A stretch of 64,000 nt of DNA, taken from assembly GCA_963674755.2 (NCBI GenBank), contig CAXXVS010000001.1, forward strand, positions 64,001 to 128,000, given 5' to 3'. Position numbers and translations under genes: made by a program. Of the stretch, positions 56,875 through 64,000 are shown piece by piece; the first letter of the stretch is position 1; the number at the start of each line of letters is the position of its first letter. Source of the DNA: Desulfobacterales bacterium (GTDB lineage: Bacteria > Desulfobacterota > Desulfobacteria > Desulfobacterales > UBA5852). The notes under the pieces were generated by a model that was not told the origin of the DNA, searched no databases, and was given only the letters and a program-made list of their open reading frames with translations.

Positions 56875-57414
56875 ATAGCTCAACCAAAGAGGACATTTCA
56901 GTCGAACAGATCGGATCGTGTTAATATTAACCGAAGCATTCGCGCACGCGAAGTGAGGGTAATCGATCCTGAAGGTAACCAGCTGGGCGTTGTATCGATT
57001 GAGGATGCTCTGAAGGCCGCGGCCGAATTCGGACTTGATCTGGTAGAAGTTTCGCCTAATGCAGCACCGCCGGTCTGCAAGATTATGGACTACGGGCGTT
57101 ACAAGTACGAACAGACCAAGAAGAAACAGGAAGCCAAGAAAAAGCAGAGTACCTTTCAGGTCAAAGAGATCAAAGTCCGCCCCAAGACCGGTGATCATGA
57201 TCTTGAGACCAAGCTGGGCCACATTCGAAAATTTCTCGGCCGGAAAGACAAAGTCAAAGTGACGGTTCTTTTCCGGGGGCGGGAAATAACCCTCTCGGAT
57301 CGCGGCCGGGAGTTGTTAAAGAGAATTGCGACCGAGCTTGAAGAGATTGCCGTGGTTGAGCAGTACCCCAAATTTGAAGGTCGCACCATGATGATGGTAT
57401 TATCGCCTAAGTAA
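56875..57414 (+). CDS. infC: Translation initiation factor IF-3 (ATA start)
   Basis: GGAGGT RBS then in-frame ATA; INRSIRAREVRVID, MDYGRYKYE, KEIKVRP. Confidence 0.93.
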   Translation: MAQPKRTFQSNRSDRVNINRSIRAREVRVIDPEGNQLGVVSIEDALKAAAEFGLDLVEVSPNAAPPVCKIMDYGRYKYEQTKKKQEAKKKQSTFQVKEIKVRPKTGDHDLETKLGHIRKFLGRKDKVKVTVLFRGREITLSDRGRELLKRIATELEEIAVVEQYPKFEGRTMMMVLSPK

Positions 57415-57637
57415 TCGGGCGTGATGGCGTAGATTTGAATAGCCTTGGGAGCACTCGGTTGACCGCCGGGTGATCCGAATTGCCGCTGTGGTGGTGGGCA
57501 GCGGAATTGGCGTGGGCCCGTAAAAATCCGGCCGCGCCAAAGCTTTTTGGGCCGGTGCCGGTTTCGATAAGCGTCAGGGTGAACGATGGGCGGCCCGCTG
57601 GCCGCTGAAAAGAAGCGAATGATAAGGAGAAGATTGT

Positions 57638-57835
57638 ATGCCTAAAATTAAAACGAACCGGGCGGCTGCCAAACGGTTTAAAAAAACAGGTTCCGGGAAG
57701 TTTGTGTATAATAAATCTCACGCCAGTCATATTTTGACCAAGAAAACGCGCAAGCGTAAACGGGCCCTGCGACTGAGCCAGGTTATTGACAAATCCGATA
57801 TGCGCGAACTGCGTCTGCTGATGCCCAACGGGTAA
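57638..57835 (+). CDS. rpmI: 50S ribosomal protein L35
   Basis: [21 protein letters not shown]. Confidence 0.97.
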   Translation: MPKIKTNRAAAKRFKKTGSGKFVYNKSHASHILTKKTRKRKRALRLSQVIDKSDMRELRLLMPNG

Positions 57836-57972
57836 ACGGCAAGCCGCAAGGCGGGCGGCCTCGGCTGGATAAGACGCTATCCAATAAGGGGGCCGGCCGG
57901 ACTTGACGGTTAACATGATTCAAACCTGTCGAACCGCGCCAGACAGGACTCGAGGTTGAAGGAGAAAATACC

Positions 57973-58323
57973 ATGCGTATTAAGAGAGGGTTCAAAGCCC
58001 GAAGACGAAGAAAGAAAGTGCTGAAACTGGCCAAAGGGTTTCGGGGCGGCCACAGCAAACTTTTTCGTACGGCGGCGGATACGGTCGACAAGGCACTCAT
58101 GTATGCCTATCGCGATCGCCGTGTCCGTAAACGAGACTTCCGACGCCTGTGGATTATTCGCATCAATGCGGCTACGCGCATGAATGATATGTCCTACAGC
58201 AAGTTCATGAACGGGCTCAAAAAGGCTGGCATTGAGCTGGATCGCAAAGTGTTGGCTGACCTCGCCGTTTCCGATCCCGCCGGTTTTACCCAAATCACCG
58301 CTCTGGCATCTCAGCACGTATAA
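57973..58323 (+). CDS. rplT: 50S ribosomal protein L20
   Basis: [31 protein letters not shown]. Confidence 0.97.
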   Translation: MRIKRGFKARRRRKKVLKLAKGFRGGHSKLFRTAADTVDKALMYAYRDRRVRKRDFRRLWIIRINAATRMNDMSYSKFMNGLKKAGIELDRKVLADLAVSDPAGFTQITALASQHV

Positions 58324-58419
58324 GCATTATCAGCCAGGGTAGCGGGCGGCCGATCATCATTCACAGGATCGGCTGCCCTCCTGCGCAATTAACCCCCTAT
58401 ACACAGATCGAGCGACACC

Positions 58420-59427
58420 TTGGACAAGTCGATAGATGGAATATACCAGGAGGCCCTGGATGAGTTGCGCGGGGTGACGGACCCCGGCGCTCTGGATGCC
58501 TTCAGCGTTCGCTATCTGGGACGAAAAGGTCGGCTGACGGCATTCCTGCGCAACATTGCGACTTTGCCGCCGGAACAGCGGGCGGAGGCCGGCAAAAAAG
58601 CCAATCAGTCCAAAAAGAAGCTGGAAGCGGCCATCCAGGCCCACGTCAAACACCTCGCGGACGGCGACGGGCATCAGGAAGAGCATATCGATATTACGCT
58701 GCCGGGTCGCCAAACCCTTCCGGGTGCCATGCATCCGATCACCCGTGTGAACCAGGAAATATGCGACATTTTTCAGCGTATGGGTTACAGCATCGCCGAG
58801 GGGCCGGAAGTCGAGGCAGATTATTATAATTTCGAGGCGCTCAATGTCCCCAAGTATCACCCGGCGCGGGACATGCAGGACACCTTTTATGTGTCTGAGA
58901 ATATCGTGCTGCGCACCCAGACCTCTCCGATGCAGATCCGCGTGATGGAGCAGCAGACCCCTCCGGTGGCTGTGATCGCCCCCGGCAAGGTCTACCGTTG
59001 TGACTCCGATCTGACCCATACCCCCATGTTTCACCAGGTGGAGGGGCTTCTGGTCGATGAGGATGTGTCCTTTGCCGATCTGAAGGGCACGCTGACCGCT
59101 TTCGTGCATGCCATGTTTGACGATCAGACCAGTTTGCGCTTCCGGCCCAGCTTTTTCCCCTTTACCGAACCCAGCGCCGAAGTCGATATCCTCTGCGTCA
59201 TGTGCCGGGGCGAAGGGTGCCGGGTTTGTTCCCATTCGGGGTGGATTGAGATCCTGGGCTCGGGCATGGTGCATCCCAATGTGTTTCGCAGCGTCGGCTA
59301 CGATACAGACCGCTATTCCGGCTTTGCCTTCGGCATGGGGGTCGAGCGCATTGCCATGCTGAAATACGGCATCGATGATATCCGCAAGTTTTTCAACAAT
59401 GACATGAGATTTTTGAGGCAATTCTAG
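58420..59427 (+). CDS. pheS: Phenylalanyl-tRNA synthetase alpha subunit
   Basis: HPARDMQDTF, LRTQTSP, FPFTEPS, GFAFGMGVER. Confidence 0.97.
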   Translation: MDKSIDGIYQEALDELRGVTDPGALDAFSVRYLGRKGRLTAFLRNIATLPPEQRAEAGKKANQSKKKLEAAIQAHVKHLADGDGHQEEHIDITLPGRQTLPGAMHPITRVNQEICDIFQRMGYSIAEGPEVEADYYNFEALNVPKYHPARDMQDTFYVSENIVLRTQTSPMQIRVMEQQTPPVAVIAPGKVYRCDSDLTHTPMFHQVEGLLVDEDVSFADLKGTLTAFVHAMFDDQTSLRFRPSFFPFTEPSAEVDILCVMCRGEGCRVCSHSGWIEILGSGMVHPNVFRSVGYDTDRYSGFAFGMGVERIAMLKYGIDDIRKFFNNDMRFLRQF

Positions 59428-59428
59428 T

Positions 59429-61843
59429 ATGAAAGTCAGTTTGAGTTGGCTTAAGGAATACGTCCCGCTCGAGTGGGATGCCGACCGCTTGGCGGAAGCA
59501 CTGACCATGGCCGGCCTTGAGGTGGATGCCATCTATGACCGTTTTGCCTATCTCCGTCAGATAAAGGTCGCCCAGGTCCGGGCGGTGCGCGAACACCCCA
59601 AAGCCGATCGATTGAAACTGTGCGATGTCTCCACCGGAGACCGGCAGTACCAGATCGTGTGTGGTGCGCCCAATGTGAACGAAGGCATGCTTTCCGCTCT
59701 GGCGGTTCCGGGGGCCGTCTTGCCTGACGGTCGCACCCTGACGGAAACGCGCATCCGCGGCGAGGTCTCTCAGGGCATGTTGTGCAGTGAAGCGGAACTG
59801 GAGCTTGGTTCCGACAGCAGCGGCATCTGGTCCCTCCCGGAAGATCTGCCTCTCGGGGCTTCCCTGGCGGAGGCGCTGGGCCTGTCGGACATCGTGCTGG
59901 AAATCGACCTGACGCCGAATCGTCCGGATTGCCTGAGCATCCTCGGTGTGGCCCGCGAAGCCGCGGCGCTTCAGCATAATCAACTGCGTCCTCCGGATAT
60001 TCAATTGTCGGATGCGGGCCAGGCCATCGCAGACTACACCAGCGTCACTATCGAAGACCCGGACCTTTGTCCGCGCTATACGGCGCGCTTGATCGAGGGA
60101 GTGACGATCGCGCCGTCGCCCGCTTGGCTCCAGGATCGGATTCGATCGGTAGGCATGCGCCCGATCAACAATGTCGTGGATATCACCAACTTTGTTATGA
60201 TGGAGCTTGGACAGCCGCTGCACGCGTTTGATTTCGACCGTTTGGCCGGCCAGCGCATCGTGGTGCGGCGGGCTCGAGACGGGGAGGCCTTTGTTAGCCT
60301 GGATAACAAGGAACGCATCCTCGACAGCGAAATGCTGATGATATGCGACGGGGAAAAGCCGGTCGGCATCGGCGGCGTCATGGGGGGCTTGAACTCCGAG
60401 GTGGAGGCTTCGACACGGCGCGTGCTTTTGGAGAGTGCCGGCTTCAATCCGGTCAGCATTCGCCGGACCGCCAAACGGCTGAACCTGAATTCCGAAGCAT
60501 CCCACCGCTTTGAACGGGGTGTCGATCCCCAGGGCACCGTCGTGGCGCTGCATCGCGCGGCCCAGCTGATTGCCGAATTGGGTGGCGGAACCCTCGTCGA
60601 GGGGCATCTCGATGTTCATCCGATCCCCCATGAAACCCCGTGCATTCGTCTGGATGTCGCCCGCACCAACCGTTTGTTGGGCACTTCACTCGGGGCGGAC
60701 GAAATCGCCAATCTGATGGAATCCATTGAAATCAAAACTAAAATTCTTTCAAAAGAACAGATTGAGGCCCGTCCTCCCTCCTTTCGCGTGGATATTCATC
60801 AGCCGGAGGATCTTCTTGAAGAGATCGCGCGGCTTTGGGGATACAACCGGATTGCCCCCCGCAAACCCTGTGTGGCCACTGATAATGTGCGCTCAAGCCG
60901 GTCTCTCGACATAAAAAAAAGAATCCGATTCCTCTTGAATGGATTCGGTTTCACAGAAACGATCAATTACAGCTTTATCAGTGAACGGGCCTGTGATCAT
61001 CTGGGCTTGTCCTCTGAGGACCCGCGGCGCGCAATGGTCAAAATCCTTAACCCCTTGACGGAAGACCAGAATGTCATGCGGACGTCTCTGGTTCCGGGCA
61101 TGCTTGAGACCGCCCTGCGGAACATCGCCCAACAAACCAAAAATTTAAAGCTGTTTGAAATCGGGAAGGTGTTTCTCAGTCAGGGCCAGGACCTCCAGCC
61201 GGATGAACACAACATTCTGGCGGCGCTGTGGACGGGTGCCCGTCATGAAGGTGGCTGGAATCGCCAGGCAACGGCCAGCGACTTTTATGATATCAAGGGT
61301 GTTTTGGAAGGGCTTTTAACGGGCCTGCAGGTGCAAGACAGCCAATTCACGCGCGTGAAGGCAGATCGGGCTCCGTATCTGCGTACCGGCGCGGCTGCCG
61401 AAATTTCCGTCGGGGGCCACACCATCGGATGCATCGGGGAAATCAATGACGGCGCTCTCTCCAATTTCAATCTAAAACAACCCGCCTTTCTTTTTGAAAT
61501 GAATCTGGATCGTTTGATAGCGCTGATCCCGGATCATATTCAAGCGACTCCTCTACCGCGCTACCCTTCCACTTCACGGGATATCACCTTAATCGTCGAT
61601 GTCGATCTGGATGCCCAGGCGGTCTTGTCGGGAATTCACCGGATGGAGAATGAACTCGTTGAAACGGTTTGGATCTTTGACGTGTTTAAAGGCCGTCCGA
61701 TTCCCGATGGCAAAAAGAGCCTTTCCTTACGGGTCGTCTACCGTTCATCCGAGGGAACACTTGAAGATGAGGCGATCAACCGGATCCACCACGATTTGAC
61801 GCAGCAGCTGCTGGCGGTTTGTAAAGCGGATTTGCCTTCCTGA
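59429..61843 (+). CDS. pheT: Phenylalanyl-tRNA synthetase beta subunit
   Basis: HPKADRL, TPNRPDCLS, GQPLHAFD, RFERGVD. Confidence 0.97.
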   Translation: MKVSLSWLKEYVPLEWDADRLAEALTMAGLEVDAIYDRFAYLRQIKVAQVRAVREHPKADRLKLCDVSTGDRQYQIVCGAPNVNEGMLSALAVPGAVLPDGRTLTETRIRGEVSQGMLCSEAELELGSDSSGIWSLPEDLPLGASLAEALGLSDIVLEIDLTPNRPDCLSILGVAREAAALQHNQLRPPDIQLSDAGQAIADYTSVTIEDPDLCPRYTARLIEGVTIAPSPAWLQDRIRSVGMRPINNVVDITNFVMMELGQPLHAFDFDRLAGQRIVVRRARDGEAFVSLDNKERILDSEMLMICDGEKPVGIGGVMGGLNSEVEASTRRVLLESAGFNPVSIRRTAKRLNLNSEASHRFERGVDPQGTVVALHRAAQLIAELGGGTLVEGHLDVHPIPHETPCIRLDVARTNRLLGTSLGADEIANLMESIEIKTKILSKEQIEARPPSFRVDIHQPEDLLEEIARLWGYNRIAPRKPCVATDNVRSSRSLDIKKRIRFLLNGFGFTETINYSFISERACDHLGLSSEDPRRAMVKILNPLTEDQNVMRTSLVPGMLETALRNIAQQTKNLKLFEIGKVFLSQGQDLQPDEHNILAALWTGARHEGGWNRQATASDFYDIKGVLEGLLTGLQVQDSQFTRVKADRAPYLRTGAAAEISVGGHTIGCIGEINDGALSNFNLKQPAFLFEMNLDRLIALIPDHIQATPLPRYPSTSRDITLIVDVDLDAQAVLSGIHRMENELVETVWIFDVFKGRPIPDGKKSLSLRVVYRSSEGTLEDEAINRIHHDLTQQLLAVCKADLPS

Positions 61844-61882
61844 GTACGATCCCATCGTCTATCCGTTCATGAGGGAGGAACC

Positions 61883-62218
61883 ATGCCTTCCGAAGCGAAA
61901 GGTGCCAATAAGCTCTATTATCGCATTGGGGAGGTCAGTGCGATAACCGGTGTGCCATCCTACGTCCTGCGGTTTTGGGAAGGGGAGTTCTCCAGCATCA
62001 AGCCTCGCCGAACAGAGTCCGGGCAGCGACTGTACCGTCCCGCGGATCTCGAGCGTATCCGACTCATCAAGGATTTGTTGCACCGACAAAGGTATACCAT
62101 ACAGGGGGCTAGGCGGTTTCTAAAGCAGCAGGAGTCGCCACCGCCCGCCGCCGATTGGTGGTCGGAATTGCAGATGATTCGCAGGGAACTCAAGGCCATT
62201 CGGGAGCTGCTTTCCTAA
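61883..62218 (+). CDS. MerR-family transcriptional regulator
   Basis: KLYYRIGEVS...YVLRFWE..F..P.R...GQRLY. Confidence 0.9.
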   Translation: MPSEAKGANKLYYRIGEVSAITGVPSYVLRFWEGEFSSIKPRRTESGQRLYRPADLERIRLIKDLLHRQRYTIQGARRFLKQQESPPPAADWWSELQMIRRELKAIRELLS

Positions 62219-62330
62219 TATCCGGCGGGGCATGTTTGTGTCGTTGCCCATTTTGTTTCCCCGAAGGGGTGGCTTGTGGCGAAACGTGTTGACAAAGCAC
62301 CGCTTTTGTCCTAATTAGAGATCCTTGGAA

Positions 62331-62406
62331 GCGGGCATAGCTCAGTTGGTAGAGTACAAGCTTCCCAAGCTTGGTGTCGCGAGTTCGAATCTCGTTGCCC
62401 GCTCCA
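62331..62406 (+). tRNA. tRNA-Gly(CCC)
   Basis: GCGGGCA...TGCCCGC-T-CCA, anticodon loop TTCCCAA. Confidence 0.95.
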
Positions 62407-62538
62407 ACTTCCGCCTTTTTTTTAAAAGGTCGTTTAAGGGAAGCGTTATGTATGGAACCGGGAATGTAGCCTATCAATCATGGTACCTTGCATGAGTACA
62501 TAACGTCTCACGCCATTTTGGCGGTGCACCTGAAGTTG

Positions 62539-62562
62539 AAAACGGGCGGAAGCCCGTTTTTT
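62539..62562 (+). promoter_or_regulatory. rimP leader hairpin
   Basis: AAAACGGGC-GGAA-GCCCGTTTT upstream of rimP. Confidence 0.6.
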
Positions 62563-62585
62563 GTTTTGGATTTTAGGCGAAGACA

Positions 62586-63116
62586 ATGACGCAACCGGAA
62601 GCGGAAGAGAAAAGCATTTCCCAAAAGATGAATAGCGGGCTGCAGAAGAAGGAGAAGCAGATTGCCTCCCAGGTCTGGAGTGCTGCGGAGCCGCTTTGCT
62701 TGGATGAAGGCATGGAGTTGGTGTTCATTGAATTTCGGCGGGAAGCCCAGGGCCGTGTTTTGCGTCTTTATATCGATAAAAAGGGTGGCGTGGCCCTGGA
62801 TGATTGTGCGCGTATCAGTCGCCAATTGAGTGATATCCTGGATGTTACCCTAGAAGATATCGGGCCTTACAGCTTAGAGGTTTCTTCACCGGGTGTTAAC
62901 CGGCCGATCGGGCGCCTTGAAGATTATAACCGTTTTAAAGGTCAGCGGGTGCATATCAAAACACGTCAGCCCATTGATGGGCGGAAGAATTACCGAGGCG
63001 TTCTTCACGGAATTGATGAAGGTATTGTCGCAGTCGTATGCGACAATGAAGAGTTTTACATCCCTCATGAAGCGATATCCATTGCACGGCTTGTCAATTT
63101 TAATGGAGAAAAATAA
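62586..63116 (+). CDS. rimP: Ribosome maturation factor RimP
   Basis: LRLYIDK.GGV.LDDC..SR, YSLEVSSPG..RP. Confidence 0.95.
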   Translation: MTQPEAEEKSISQKMNSGLQKKEKQIASQVWSAAEPLCLDEGMELVFIEFRREAQGRVLRLYIDKKGGVALDDCARISRQLSDILDVTLEDIGPYSLEVSSPGVNRPIGRLEDYNRFKGQRVHIKTRQPIDGRKNYRGVLHGIDEGIVAVVCDNEEFYIPHEAISIARLVNFNGEK

Positions 63117-64000
63117 TGTTTGTAGCGGATATTAAACGCGTCGTCGAACAGGTCAGCCGAGATAAAGGCATCGATCGTGAGATCTTGATCAGCGCGCTGG
63201 AGGAAGCGCTTAAGTCGGCCGCCCGAAAGAAATTCGGAAGCAAAATCGACATTGAAGTGCAATACAATAACGACTCCGGCGAAATCGAGGTTTTTCAATT
63301 TAAAGACGTCGTGGAGACGATTGAAGATCCTGCTATTGAGATAACGCTGGAGGAGGGGCGCAAGCTGGATGCCGAGTGTGAAATCGGGGATAGTCTCGGC
63401 ACCAAAATGGATACCTCGACGTTTGGACGCATTGCCGCTCAATCCGCCAAACAGGTCATCATTCAGAAGATGAAAGATGCCGAAAAAGACGCCATTTACG
63501 CGAGCTTCATTGATCGCAAGGGCGAAATCATCAACGGTATTGTCCAACGCATGGACCGCGGCGACATTATCGTCAATTTGGGGCATACCGAAGGCGTTTT
63601 GCCGGTACGCGAGCAAGTGCCGCGTGAATCCTACCGGCGTGGCGATCGCATCCGGGCGTATATCCTGGACGTCTTGCATGAAACGCGTGGCCCCCAGATT
63701 ATTCTATCGCGGGGGCACAAGGATTTCCTTATGGACCTATTCAAAACCGAGGTCCCGGAAATCAGTGAGGGCATTGTCAGCATTATGGGGGCGGCCCGTG
63801 AGCCGGGCGTGCGCGCGAAGATCGCTGTCTCTTCCAACAATTCCGATATCGATCCTGTGGGGGCCTGTGTCGGTATGAAAGGCAGTCGCGTTCAGAATGT
63901 CGTGCAGGAATTGCGAGGAGAGAAAATCGATATTATCCCTTGGCATGTGGATGCCGCCAAATTTGTGTGCAATGCGCTGGCACCGGCTGAAATATCGCGT
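63116..64000 (+). CDS. nusA: Transcription factor NusA (3' truncated by window edge)
   Basis: Translated by eye: MFVADIKRVVEQVSRDKGID, FGRIAAQSAKQV, AREPGVRAK, DPVGACVGMKGSRV. Confidence 0.95.
   Translation, partial: MFVADIKRVVEQVSRDKGIDREILISALEEALKSAARKKFGSKIDIEVQYNNDSGEIEVFQFKDVVETIEDPAIEITLEEGRKLDAECEIGDSLGTKMDTSTFGRIAAQSAKQVIIQKMKDAEKDAIYASFIDRKGEIINGIVQRMDRGDIIVNLGHTEGVLPVREQVPRESYRRGDRIRAYILDVLHETRGPQIILSRGHKDFLMDLFKTEVPEISEGIVSIMGAAREPGVRAKIAVSSNNSDIDPVGACVGMKGSRVQNVVQELRGEKIDIIPWHVDAAKFVCNALAPAEISR

Noticed and set aside
1..64000. CRISPR array, rRNA, retron or reverse transcriptase
   Set aside because: No regularly spaced repeats, rRNA-like stretch or RT motifs seen.

Overview
GC-rich chromosomal window from a dissimilatory sulfate reducer; the gene set and protein styles suggest Desulfobacterales (inference). 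Left to right: a cobalt/nickel uptake and corrin operon (cbiL, Gate-domain protein, DUF4198, cbiM, cbiQ, cbiK, cbiO); a sigma54-preceded, Tat-less molybdoenzyme/FeS/flavoprotein operon; a small accessory patch (methyltransferase, DUF4124, IS110, leuD-like pseudogene, PEP-CTERM gene); a 7.9-kb element integrated in tRNA-Val(GAC); housekeeping genes (pgsA-like, polyprenyl synthase, rimO, apbE); a periplasmic [NiFe] hydrogenase with hyp genes; two tRNA-Ser; sat convergent with aprBA-qmoABC; three YkgJ-family genes; infC-rpmI-rplT-pheST, a MerR gene, tRNA-Gly and rimP-nusA. The standout is the tRNA-Val element (47-bp att repeats at 18002-18048 and 25934-25980). It looks like a minimal phage satellite. 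Its only structural gene is a prohead-protease/HK97-fold capsid fusion, and there is no recognisable portal, terminase, tail or primase-helicase. It also has a lambda-like cosQ/cosN candidate, a stand-alone D5-type winged-helix gene next to an iteron-like origin, a C4/CI-like structured leader upstream of the integrase, and an AT-rich two-gene cargo (2TM-GAF-like plus a small protein) that may be an undescribed anti-phage system. The IS110 appears to have inserted into a REP-like hairpin, and its 3' non-coding region contains a guide-like match to the target. All functional calls come from motif recognition by eye; no database searches were run.
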